Below the pieces are notes generated by a model that made no database searches, had not been told where the DNA came from, and saw only the letters and a program-made list of their open reading frames with translations. Shown here piece by piece: positions 20,029-28,845 of a stretch of DNA of 64,000 nt. Made by a program: the position numbers and the translations under genes. Origin of the DNA: an uncultured Candidatus Bathyarchaeia archaeon (lineage in GTDB: Archaea; Thermoproteota; Bathyarchaeia; Bathyarchaeales; DTEX01); contig CAYRBK010000001.1 of NCBI GenBank assembly GCA_964422605.1, forward strand, positions 34,025 through 98,024. The letters are read 5' to 3'. The first letter of the stretch is position 1. Every line of letters starts with the position of its first letter.

Positions 20029-20292
20029 CTATCTAGCAGCTTGTTTCAGTCGCCTTGCCGCCAAGAGAGTTTTCTCGGCGACGGAGATAGCGCTCAACAG
20101 ATCATCTATTGTGGATAGGAAAGTCATCAAGTTGCTTGCTTCGTACTCTACTTCAGCTACCAAACAGTTGCCTTTGCTGAAGGTCTCGACCAAGAGATTC
20201 CTCGGCGTCTTGACATTGTCTGGCGAGACAGCTCGCGAGACTGCTCTGGCCTCTTCCCTGTCCTTGTAGACAAAAGTCATCCTAGCTTCCAA
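20029..20292 (-). CDS. Second Pcc1-family paralog (candidate Pcc2-type KEOPS subunit)
   Basis: 87 aa with a beta-alpha-beta-beta-alpha pattern (MTFVY..EEARAVSRAVSPDN...LLVETFSKGNCLVAEVEY...TFLSTIDDLLSAISVAEKTL). The pattern parallels the Pcc1 at 15553-15825 but the sequence has diverged. Confidence 0.5.
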   Translation of the reverse strand: MEARMTFVYKDREEARAVSRAVSPDNVKTPRNLLVETFSKGNCLVAEVEYEASNLMTFLSTIDDLLSAISVAEKTLLAARRLKQAAR

Positions 20293-21739
20293 TGTCCCTT
20301 AGCCTCTGCAAACTCTCCTTCACCAGTTCATCCACATACCTAAGGAAGTCTTCTCTATACTCGAGTGGGACCTGGGCGCCAGCAGCGATATCATGTCCAC
20401 CACCATTTCCAGAGAATCTCTCCGCAGCAAGACGGAGGATTTCGCCGAGGTTAAGGCCTCTTCTCGTCAGCATGTCGGTGGCTCGAGCCGAGATTTTCAT
20501 CATGCTTTCCTCCGGAATAACTGAATAGGCAATAATGGGCTTTTCCATGTTAGGCATATTTGTTGAGACGATAGTTGAGATCGCGCTTACCACCTTCTCG
20601 TCTATAGTCTGCCCCCCATGCAGCACGTACAAGCTTTCCATCTCTTCAATGCGGTCAGGATTCTGATCCAGCCAACGAAGGTACTCCGTAATCGTCTGCC
20701 TATACTCCTCCAACGACTTATTGGCCTCTGCAAGGCACCTGCTTCGGTCTCCCATGCATATTGCCACGCCCAAGCCGGGGTCTCCAGTTCTTCCCGTGGC
20801 ATTCAGAAGGAGGGCAAACTCTCTAGCATCGCGGAGAGGAGTCCAGGGTTCTTCGCGTTCAAGTATGTACACGGCGCCCAAGAGGTTCATCGCGGTGTCG
20901 CTCTTATAACCCCTAGAGATGAGGTAGTCAGACAACCTCGAGAATAGCTTCTTTTTTTCTTCCTGTGAAAGGTCTCTTAATGCACGCCACCTGTCCCCCT
21001 CCTTGGGTTTGATGCCCACCTCAGTCAGCAAAGCCAAGCTTCTGTCTTCTTCGCCGCTGATGCCAGGGATGAAGGGATTAGTGGTGTAGGCCAAGGCCTT
21101 ATGAACCGGGCGCGTCTCCCGCCCAAAGAAGAGGAGATCAGTCTCAACTCTAAGACAGCCTGACACGACCGCGTCTTCAGCGATAAGGCTGTTGATGCCT
21201 CCCAGTTTCCGGTCTTCGTATCTATCCTGTATATCTCCTAGGGCTCCTACGATGCCGATGCAGGCTAAGTCGATGTTTCTCTCCGAAAGCGCTTTGGCGA
21301 CAAGGTACGCGGTTCCTGCAGCGCTCAGGTCGCGGGCACCGTCAATGCCAAAAGGGTGAGGGTTCACATGTACAAAAGCCTCGTCGGCTTTGCCTGTTGG
21401 CTGATGGTGGTCAAGTATGATGAGAGGCATCCCTTTGGCTTTCTCATTCAGAATGTCTAGGTTTCCGCTGCCCATATCAATCAGAATGACCGAAGCATCC
21501 TTGCTGCTGGCAATCTCGGCGGCAACCTTCTCGTCAAACCATCTCTCAATCCGGATGTGGAAGATTGCGTTGAGTCTTGCCAAAGCAGTGCCTATAATCC
21601 CCGCTGCTGACAAACCATCTGCATCCAGATGAGAGATTACCAAAAAACTTTTTCCCTTCTCCACGTATCTTAGGATGTTTTCAGCAGCTTTCCTAGTCTC
21701 GTTCAGAAAGGCCGTGACTGAAGCGTGCCCAGCTGCCAT
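20282..21739 (-). CDS. DHH/DHHA1 phosphoesterase, archaeal RecJ/Cdc45-like (GAN-type)
   Basis: 485 aa with the motifs ISHLDADGLSAAG (DHH motif I-II), ILDHH and GGGHDIAAG (DHHA1). Adjacent to rps15, as is common in archaea. Confidence 0.75.
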   Translation of the reverse strand: MAAGHASVTAFLNETRKAAENILRYVEKGKSFLVISHLDADGLSAAGIIGTALARLNAIFHIRIERWFDEKVAAEIASSKDASVILIDMGSGNLDILNEKAKGMPLIILDHHQPTGKADEAFVHVNPHPFGIDGARDLSAAGTAYLVAKALSERNIDLACIGIVGALGDIQDRYEDRKLGGINSLIAEDAVVSGCLRVETDLLFFGRETRPVHKALAYTTNPFIPGISGEEDRSLALLTEVGIKPKEGDRWRALRDLSQEEKKKLFSRLSDYLISRGYKSDTAMNLLGAVYILEREEPWTPLRDAREFALLLNATGRTGDPGLGVAICMGDRSRCLAEANKSLEEYRQTITEYLRWLDQNPDRIEEMESLYVLHGGQTIDEKVVSAISTIVSTNMPNMEKPIIAYSVIPEESMMKISARATDMLTRRGLNLGEILRLAAERFSGNGGGHDIAAGAQVPLEYREDFLRYVDELVKESLQRLRDIGS

Positions 21740-21751
21740 GAAGATCCCTAG

Positions 21752-22192
21752 CTAGGTGGCGGAGAGAGCTGTGGGAGTATACTTCCAATCTTCGGGCAAC
21801 ACGCCTTTACGTTTATAGTATTCGGATAGATGGTGGATTTTCGACTCAACAACCTGAATTGCTCTTATGTTGTATGTGTCCGCTTTGTTCTTCCGCAGAT
21901 GCGCATTGAGTCGAACCGCCATCCTCAACAGCGCATCAAGATCCTCAGGGACCGGAGGCCCCAAGCTGTTTTCCTTCAATATTTCAATAATGCCCTTACC
22001 AACTATCGTCTTGACCAGCGGGATGCCATACTGGTCACGCAAGATTAGGCCGATTCTGCTAGGAGGGTTTCCCTCTCTCCCAAGCTTGACGACTAGAGCC
22101 TCTACCTCTTCCGCTGTGTATCTGCACCAGCTTGGGCTTCTTCTGCTTAACGGTCGCGTCGAATGTGATCGGCCTTTCTCTTTCTTGGACAC
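21752..22192 (-). CDS. rps15: Ribosomal protein S15 (uS15/S13e)
   Basis: 146 aa with PSWC...EEVEALVVKLGREG...IGLILRDQYGIP. Confidence 0.9.
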   Translation of the reverse strand: MSKKEKGRSHSTRPLSRRSPSWCRYTAEEVEALVVKLGREGNPPSRIGLILRDQYGIPLVKTIVGKGIIEILKENSLGPPVPEDLDALLRMAVRLNAHLRKNKADTYNIRAIQVVESKIHHLSEYYKRKGVLPEDWKYTPTALSAT

Positions 22193-22257
22193 AGATTGCC
22201 CTCCATCAGGGTCTCTCTAGAACAAGTTATCCCGTATTTAAAAGCTTTGTTGAATGC

Positions 22258-22845
22258 CTAAGGGGCAGATCTATACCATTCTGCAAACTTCCTCAGAGCC
22301 CTAGCCCGGTGTGAGACCGAGTTCTTTTCCTCGGGAGTCATCTCACCAAAGGTTTTTCCCGGGTTTTCCGCAGGTTCAAAGATCGGGTCAAAGCCAAATC
22401 CGGAGCTTCCTCGCATTTCCTCTACAATCCTTCCCTCAATTGTACCCTGAAAACAGATTGGAGACCTGTCAGGAGTACAAAACGCGACAACAGACCTGAA
22501 ATGGGCTCTTCTGTCTTCATGGCTCTCCAGTATCTTGAGGACGCCTTCGTTTCCTATGGTTCGGTAAACGTAGTTGGCGTAGGGTCCCGGAAACCCCTTC
22601 AGGACTTCAATGAAGAGACCCGCATCTTCAACGATGACGGGAAGGTGGCTTTTATGCGTAGCTTCCTGAGCACTCGCCTTGGCGATATTCTCCATATCGT
22701 CGTCTTGAATCTCCAGAGCCTTTATCCTAAGCACAGCAGTAGCGATATCATACACTGCCAGTATTTGTCGAGCTTCATTGAATTTGTGCATGTTTCCCGT
22801 CGCGAAGAAAATCAACCTACCCCACGGGAACCCTCTATGCTGCAA
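22258..22845 (-). CDS. Non-canonical purine NTP pyrophosphatase (RdgB/HAM1 ITPase)
   Basis: Motifs FATGNMHKFNEA, EDAGLFIEVLKGFPGPYA and FGFDPIF. Confidence 0.88.
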   Translation of the reverse strand: MQHRGFPWGRLIFFATGNMHKFNEARQILAVYDIATAVLRIKALEIQDDDMENIAKASAQEATHKSHLPVIVEDAGLFIEVLKGFPGPYANYVYRTIGNEGVLKILESHEDRRAHFRSVVAFCTPDRSPICFQGTIEGRIVEEMRGSSGFGFDPIFEPAENPGKTFGEMTPEEKNSVSHRARALRKFAEWYRSAP

Positions 22846-22885
22846 TCTGTCTCATCCTCTGCTCATTCATACCAAGACTGTAGAC

Positions 22886-23554
22886 TCATCTCTCAGAGAT
22901 GTACCTGCCTCTTTTCTCTATCTCAGCTATCTTGCCCAGAACTTCATCTGCCGCATTTTTGCCCACGGTTCGTTCGTACCCTTCCATTGCCGCCTTGAAG
23001 CATTCGTCTGCACATTTGTAATGGGTGCTATTAAGAGCCCTCTTCATCAGGTGTAGATCCACGCCTCTGGCTTCCAGCTCGTCTGTTTGTTCACTAAGCC
23101 CGAAGTCTATGAATACGACTTTGCCTTGGGGCGTTAGGATCATGTTCGACGTAGTGAGATCGCCGTGAACTATCCCGCTTCCGTGAAGCTGTCCTATCAA
23201 TTCTCCAATGTGGCGGCATAGGCTCCTAGTCTCCTCCAGCGGTAGATCGCTAAGAACTTGCTTGACCTGTTTCCCCTCGACAAACTCCATTATGATCGTT
23301 GCTTCAGCAGTGTCTACCATGAATATGACTGGCGTGGGCACCCCCGCTTCCTTGGCGCTGTGCATGATCTGAGGCTCATGTCTAGTTCTGTAGGCTTGGA
23401 TCTCCCTGTCAAGTTCGGGAATCCGGTATCTCTTCGACAGCCGTTTCTTGAGGATCACTTTCCGGTTATGCTGCTCTTCCAGAAGAAGGTTGGCTTCAGC
23501 ACCTTTCTTAATCAGCATCGCCTTCTTCCACCCATAGAGCTTCAACCTCGTCAA
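22886..23554 (-). CDS. bud32: KEOPS kinase/ATPase Bud32
   Basis: Small RIO-like kinase fold: LIKKGAEA, IIMEFVEG, HGDLTTSNMIL and IDFGLS. The likely start is MLIKKGAEA at 23518. Confidence 0.88.
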   Translation of the reverse strand: MTRLKLYGWKKAMLIKKGAEANLLLEEQHNRKVILKKRLSKRYRIPELDREIQAYRTRHEPQIMHSAKEAGVPTPVIFMVDTAEATIIMEFVEGKQVKQVLSDLPLEETRSLCRHIGELIGQLHGSGIVHGDLTTSNMILTPQGKVVFIDFGLSEQTDELEARGVDLHLMKRALNSTHYKCADECFKAAMEGYERTVGKNAADEVLGKIAEIEKRGRYISER

Positions 23555-24530
23555 GACGCCACTTCAGCCTAACGAAACTTTTTTCAACAGGGATGGTCAT
23601 GCCCTCCTTGTAGTGGAGGATTCCTGTCCAAGCGATCATGGCCCCATTGTCCATTGAGAATTCTTTAGGGACAACACAGAACTTGGCGCCCTGATCCTCC
23701 GCCATGACTTTAAGCATAGATTGAAGCCTCTGGTTAGCCGCTACACCCCCGGTCAACAGAACCTCAGGCTTCTCCGTGTGCGCCAAAGCTCGTTCAGTCA
23801 CTTCCGTGAGCATCGAGAAAACGTACTCCTGCAGGCTAAAACAGAGGTCTTCCAGACGGTGATGGCCATCGCGAACATGCTGGATCGCTGCAGTCAGGAG
23901 ACCACTGAAGGAGAGATTCATGCCTTTCACGACATAAGGAAGATGGATCAGGTTCCGGCCTTCACTTGCCAGTTCCATGACCTTCGCAGCTGCGGGAACC
24001 CCTTCCTCCGGACGCAACCCCGCCTCTCTGGCGAATACATCTATGCAGTTTCCGACAGCTATGTCAAGCGTTTCGCCGAAAACGCGGTACCGTCCGGCCT
24101 CGAAGGCCGTCACGATCGTGCTTCCCCCGGAGACGAATAACGTGACTGGGTCTCGCGCGGCCGTCGTCAGCTTGCCAATCTCTATGTGAGCGACAAGATG
24201 GTTAACCCCAACCAGAGGGATGTTCAGGTAGGAGGCGAGGGCTCTTGCAGCCGTGGCACCAGTTCTGAGACAAGGCCCCATTCCAGGCCCCTGCGAAAAG
24301 GCGATGACCGCGAGGTCTCCGGGTTTCAAAGATGCTTCTCTTAGGGCTTCAGCCAAGACTTTTCCTGCGACCAATGCGTGACTGCGGGCTGCTTCTCGTG
24401 GATGTATGCCGCCTTCACTAGGCACGTAGGAACTGGCGACATTGGCTAGGACTTTGCCTTCGAACGACATGATCCCGACGGCGAAATCGTCAGCTGTACT
24501 CTCGATCCCCAGACAGTAGCCCTTCTCCAT
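23508..24530 (-). CDS. kae1: tRNA N6-adenosine threonylcarbamoyltransferase Kae1
   Basis: ASKHA fold with the Kae1 motifs LGIESTADDF, GIHPREAARSH, VNHLVAHIE and SGGVAAN. The longest ORF begins at 24572, but MEKGYCLGIE at 24530 fits family N-termini. Confidence 0.9.
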   Translation of the reverse strand: MEKGYCLGIESTADDFAVGIMSFEGKVLANVASSYVPSEGGIHPREAARSHALVAGKVLAEALREASLKPGDLAVIAFSQGPGMGPCLRTGATAARALASYLNIPLVGVNHLVAHIEIGKLTTAARDPVTLFVSGGSTIVTAFEAGRYRVFGETLDIAVGNCIDVFAREAGLRPEEGVPAAAKVMELASEGRNLIHLPYVVKGMNLSFSGLLTAAIQHVRDGHHRLEDLCFSLQEYVFSMLTEVTERALAHTEKPEVLLTGGVAANQRLQSMLKVMAEDQGAKFCVVPKEFSMDNGAMIAWTGILHYKEGMTIPVEKSFVRLKWRLDEVEALWVEEGDAD

Positions 24531-24680
24531 GCATTCAGTTATGAATCGGAAGGCTCTTAAGCGTATAGGCAAGGCAAATGCGGCGAATCTCTGGGCCCCT
24601 TCGGCTTGGTCGTCTATATCTTTTTATGTCATTGTTTCCATATATTATGATGCTGAAAGGGAAGCCTAGAGGAAAACTCG

Positions 24681-25058
24681 ATGCCCAAGCAGAACGATCT
24701 GGAGCAGAAGGCACTACAACTGATAATGAACACTGGAGACAAGGGTCTCCTTCAGTCCGAGCTATGGAGGAAGATGAAGGCAAGCAGCAGAGAGGGATCC
24801 CGAATATCGCTGAAGCTGGAAAAAAAGGGCCTAGTCCTCCGCGACCGCGAGCTTTCCGAAGGCAGATGGACTTACAGGCTCTACTCAAAAAGGCAACCTG
24901 TCTCTATAGACTCCATACTAGCCTGCCCGTGCCTGACATGTGGGGAAAATGTGAGATGCGGGCCTGGCAGCAAGTCATCGCCTAACGAATGCGACCAGCT
25001 GACACAATGGATACTCCATTCCAGTGGCGGCGAATCAGGTCTTTCCGGTGACTGCTAG
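24681..25058 (+). CDS. RPC34-like winged-helix protein with C-terminal Cys cluster (candidate TFE-beta)
   Basis: 125 aa. The N-terminal wHTH reads LIMNTGDKGLLQSELWRKM...LEKKGLV. The C-terminal PC-x2-C-x5-C-x8-P-x2-C-x5-W reads ACPCLTCGENVRCGPGSKSSPNECDQLTQWIL. That resembles the Fe-S motif at the C-terminus of RPC34/RPC39 and crenarchaeal TFE-beta. Confidence 0.55.
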   Translation: MPKQNDLEQKALQLIMNTGDKGLLQSELWRKMKASSREGSRISLKLEKKGLVLRDRELSEGRWTYRLYSKRQPVSIDSILACPCLTCGENVRCGPGSKSSPNECDQLTQWILHSSGGESGLSGDC

Positions 25059-25673
25059 TTGCCTAAAGCCTGGGTGAGAGAGCACAGAAAAGACTTTTAC
25101 TACAAAGAAGCAAAAAAGGAAGAATACAGGTCGCGCGCTTCTTTCAAGTTGCTACAGGCCGTGAGAAAACATGGCTTTATGGACCTGGGAGATGTGGTTG
25201 TGGATCTCGGTGCAGCTCCGGGGGGCTGGCTGCAGATTGCGGGGGAGATTGTCGGTGAGAAAGGTTTGGTGCTGGGGGTGGATATCAAGGAAGTTGAGCC
25301 CATAGGCTACCCGAATGTATCCGCAATTGTGGGGGACATAAGGGACCTAGAAACAGCCCATCGGATCAAAGCCATCTTGCCACGCCCTGCTGACGTGGTC
25401 ATATCCGATGTTTCGCCCAATGTCTCCGGGATCTGGGAGGTTGACCACGCACGCCAGGTGGAACTGGCTGAGTGCTCGTTGCGGATCGCTGCCTCTGTCT
25501 TAAGAGTCAATGGTAATTTCTTTGTGAAGGTTTTTCAAGGCGAAATGCTCCACCAGTACCTGAACCTTGTGGGAAAGCATTTCTCTTACGTGAAGCTCGT
25601 CAAACCAAAAGCGAGCAGGAAAGAGAGCGCCGAAATCTATGTTCTTGGATTGGGCTTCAAAGGCCCAAGGTGA
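25059..25673 (+). CDS. rlmE: 23S rRNA 2'-O-ribose methyltransferase RlmE/FtsJ
   Basis: Motifs YRSRASFKLLQ, VVDLGAAPGGW and VISDVSPNVSG. The TTG start directly follows the upstream stop. Confidence 0.88.
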   Translation: MPKAWVREHRKDFYYKEAKKEEYRSRASFKLLQAVRKHGFMDLGDVVVDLGAAPGGWLQIAGEIVGEKGLVLGVDIKEVEPIGYPNVSAIVGDIRDLETAHRIKAILPRPADVVISDVSPNVSGIWEVDHARQVELAECSLRIAASVLRVNGNFFVKVFQGEMLHQYLNLVGKHFSYVKLVKPKASRKESAEIYVLGLGFKGPR

Positions 25674-25693
25674 AGTCGTCCTCTTCTTTCAGT

Positions 25694-26914
25694 TCACTTC
25701 CGGTTCACAGCGACCTTGATGATCGTCTCAACAACTGTCTGCAGACCATTCAAGCCCGAAATCTCTTTCTGGACTTCCTGAATTCTTCTCGTGCAAACCT
25801 CGTCGGAAAGCATCGTTCTGACCGTGTTGACCAGCGATACCCTACTCACATCATTCTGCTCCAGCACCTCAGCTATGCCTAGGTCTTTGACTCTGTACGC
25901 ATTGTTCAGCTGTTCGGTGTGGCTTGGCGTAGGTATGAGAACCATGGGTTTCCCGTAGCTGATGCTCTGGGTTAAGGTTCCATGTCCAGCTCTTGCCACC
26001 ACCAAGTCGCAGGCCTTAAGGTATTCGAACCTCTTCGGGATCCAATTGTAGATAGCGACATTGTCTTTGCGAATCATCTTCTCAGCACCGTCTAGGTACC
26101 CTAGAGACATGACAACTTGGTAGTCCTTCGGGAAATCCATGACGATCTGGCGCAAAACCTCAGTAATGTAGGCCCGTTCTTCATTCGGACCGCTGATGGG
26201 CAGGAAGATGAACGGGGAGTCCTCGTCTAGTCCTAGGTCCCTTCTCAGTTCCTTCTTGCTGGGCAGTTCTTCCGGATGAACAGGCAGTATGGGCCCCACA
26301 AGCTGTGCGCGTTTCTGATACGACTTGGGTATCCTCAGGTTTCCAGCTGACAGCGTGTAAGGGGGAGGGAAATCGGGGATCATAAGATGGGCTGCTCCGC
26401 TTGTCCACAGTTTGCCAATCATAGCCAAAGCGCCTGTGTCAACAAGCTTGGCCAGCCTTAGAAGCCTGGATCTTCTTGGTATTATTATCTGGAACTGGTT
26501 GAGGATGCAGATGTCAGGGACTTTCAGCATCTTTGCTGCCAGTAATGGCGATACGCGCGAATCAGAGACGACCACATCGGGTCTGAAGGCTCTTATGAAC
26601 TCGATCTCAGCCTCCACCTGCTTCGCCAACGTAAATGAAGCTAAGAATGGACCCGGGTTAGCGACTGTCTGTCTGAAATCCACAGTTCCGTCAGGTCTAA
26701 CCATGAAACCTACTGACGGAGCTTCAAAAAGTGGGTATCCTGCACGCTCCACATATTTTACAGCATCTCTATAGGTTGAGAACAGTACGTCTGCCCCTTT
26801 TTCCACAAGTCTCTCGGCTATCGGTATGCATCTCCCCACGTGCCCTAGCCCAATGCCACACACGCCAAAGTAGACCTTCAAGCCTTGAGCCCCTTCGAAC
26901 CCTATGCTTGGCAC
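25694..26914 (-). CDS. Glycosyltransferase, GT-B fold (MurG/GT28-like, MJ1255-type)
   Basis: 406 aa with an N-terminal G-rich loop (CGIGLGHVGRC) and a C-terminal ARAGHGTLTQS...P...TEQ..NA motif. Confidence 0.7.
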   Translation of the reverse strand: MPSIGFEGAQGLKVYFGVCGIGLGHVGRCIPIAERLVEKGADVLFSTYRDAVKYVERAGYPLFEAPSVGFMVRPDGTVDFRQTVANPGPFLASFTLAKQVEAEIEFIRAFRPDVVVSDSRVSPLLAAKMLKVPDICILNQFQIIIPRRSRLLRLAKLVDTGALAMIGKLWTSGAAHLMIPDFPPPYTLSAGNLRIPKSYQKRAQLVGPILPVHPEELPSKKELRRDLGLDEDSPFIFLPISGPNEERAYITEVLRQIVMDFPKDYQVVMSLGYLDGAEKMIRKDNVAIYNWIPKRFEYLKACDLVVARAGHGTLTQSISYGKPMVLIPTPSHTEQLNNAYRVKDLGIAEVLEQNDVSRVSLVNTVRTMLSDEVCTRRIQEVQKEISGLNGLQTVVETIIKVAVNRK

Positions 26915-27044
26915 CTTCAGGATTCGGAATCGAACAGTAGCTGCTAAGACCTTAAGATGGCTTAAGGGTTCTTAACTGTTTTGGGTAGATCAACTTAGGC
27001 TATACTGAGAATGCCTTTCTTCCTACGACCGTCGCAATGTAGCC

Positions 27045-28658
27045 TCACACCGGAAGGTATCTTCTCCTATATTCTTTGGCTTGCTCTATGATTTTCTCAA
27101 GGTTTTCCTTACCTTTGTCTAGCGTATCCTCAACAAAGACTGCGGTCGGAATCCAGTATCGCGAATCGGGCACCAGAGAGAATTTGGCGTAGCCTCCCTC
27201 AAAGACCCCCGTACTTCCTCGCCCAGCGTCTCCCCAAGAATTGTGGGCAAAGCATCTGCAGTACTTGCCAAGCAATTCAGGGTAACGCTTTGGCATTCCT
27301 GGATGCACTAGAGGCGTGACGGCTCCTAGAGCATCATACCATCCCTCTCCGGATATAAGCAGGTTCGGACAGCGGGCTTTGAGTTCATCTCGCAGTTCAA
27401 GTAGCCCTTCATAGACCGGGAAAGCCGGATCGTTAGTCCAGACTTGATCAGTATCAAGGAAGATCGAGTCTATGTTGAACTTTTCGACCATCTGCGTCAC
27501 CTGTTCGACAAGCCTGCCTCGCCAACTAGGACAGCCAGGGCTTAGCCAAGCCTGCCAAGCGTGGTCGTATGCCCTAGAAGTATCCCAGTCAGGCTTGTTG
27601 CCTTGGAAGACGAAACCGCCCGCTGAGCGAAGCCAAGCGTTGTGCCCCCATTGCTCAAAACTCTCCAGATTCGTATTTGCGCAGTTGGCCCCAATCATGA
27701 GCTGAATCCTGCTGCCCAATTGTTTCGTGCCTTCTGCAAATCTTCTAAACCCCTCTTCCCCTCCCATCCGATGGTCTGGCCTGTACTCGCCATACTGCCA
27801 GTAGTATCTGCCTTCCCATCCGGCAACGTGAACTAGGATTCGGTTCGCTTCGAAGCGATCGGCTAGCCAGTTGATAATCTTCAGCATGTCTTCATAATCA
27901 TTGAAGATATAGCCTGTCCAATGCTGCCCATGAATATAGGCAACCAAAGCGATTTCTCTAGCCCATTGCGGCACATCTGCCCTTTGTTCCCATGGTTTCA
28001 GCCCAAAAGCCTTCTCTAGATGCTCTACATGGTTCGCCATAATCTTGTCAGGATCATCGGTTGAGCCGATGACCCAAGGAGCACTCTCGATAACTCTAGA
28101 CATTTTGGGTGCCAGCTCCTCATAGATCAGCTCCACTGTTAGCCCCTCCGTTTTCGGGTACAGAGACGGGTAAACTGCAATGCGTTTCGCGCGAACCCTG
28201 TTGTCCAGAGACCTGAAATAGATGAATCTGTCTGGGCCGGTTTTCAGGAATAGGATTGGCGTAACAAGGTCGCACCAAGCATCGGGGTAATGGAATACTC
28301 GACCCTCACTTGGGATTTCCTGTTCCTCTTCCCAAACAGAGAAGACCTTATCTGCAAAAATACCTGAAAACAGGATTTTTGCGCACCTTATCTTCTTTGT
28401 GTGTTCCGCCTTCGCCGTCATCCTTACGGCGCCGTCGCTTTCCTCTACTATAAGGGCAGCTTTGCCCTCCGCAGTTTCCTGTCCTCCTGCCCAGGTCAGT
28501 CTTTCTGCTGAGAACACGCTTCTACTTCCTTCTTTCTGATGTGTAACCGTCTGTGGATCAATGCCGTAAACGTTTTCAAAGGTGTGGATCTGGAGGCTGA
28601 CTTCGAAACTTCCCACTTTGAAGACAGCATTCTGGAAGTCGTAACTCAGCTGTTGCAT
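27045..28658 (-). CDS. Uncharacterised 537-aa cytoplasmic protein: N-terminal beta-rich domain plus C-terminal (beta/alpha)8-like domain, possibly a glycoside-hydrolase-like enzyme
   Basis: Long uninterrupted ORF with no signal peptide. The C-terminal half alternates hydrophobic strands and helices, with IDSIFLDTD and LLISGEGWYD segments resembling TIM-barrel catalytic strands. The functional call is inference only. Confidence 0.35.
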   Translation of the reverse strand: MQQLSYDFQNAVFKVGSFEVSLQIHTFENVYGIDPQTVTHQKEGSRSVFSAERLTWAGGQETAEGKAALIVEESDGAVRMTAKAEHTKKIRCAKILFSGIFADKVFSVWEEEQEIPSEGRVFHYPDAWCDLVTPILFLKTGPDRFIYFRSLDNRVRAKRIAVYPSLYPKTEGLTVELIYEELAPKMSRVIESAPWVIGSTDDPDKIMANHVEHLEKAFGLKPWEQRADVPQWAREIALVAYIHGQHWTGYIFNDYEDMLKIINWLADRFEANRILVHVAGWEGRYYWQYGEYRPDHRMGGEEGFRRFAEGTKQLGSRIQLMIGANCANTNLESFEQWGHNAWLRSAGGFVFQGNKPDWDTSRAYDHAWQAWLSPGCPSWRGRLVEQVTQMVEKFNIDSIFLDTDQVWTNDPAFPVYEGLLELRDELKARCPNLLISGEGWYDALGAVTPLVHPGMPKRYPELLGKYCRCFAHNSWGDAGRGSTGVFEGGYAKFSLVPDSRYWIPTAVFVEDTLDKGKENLEKIIEQAKEYRRRYLPV

Positions 28659-28803
28659 CCTCTCTTTCTCACCTTGATAGATCTTTCGATGCTCAAGGAA
28701 ATATAACTTTGCCGCGGAAGCTTGGTACGGTAACTTCGCGCCTGCAGATCCGCTGGAAAGGACTGTGGCTTGGGAACCAGAAAAACCATCCTAAGCCCTT
28801 TTC

Positions 28804-28831
28804 ACCCTTATCTAGCTTCGTGGATAAGGGT
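28804..28831. repeat. Inverted repeat (9-bp stem, 10-nt loop) just downstream of the rhomboid stop
   Basis: ACCCTTATC (28804-28812) and GATAAGGGT (28823-28831) are perfectly complementary. The function (RNA 3' hairpin or protein site) is unknown. Confidence 0.5.
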
Positions 28832-28845
28832 CGGGCATTTGGAAG

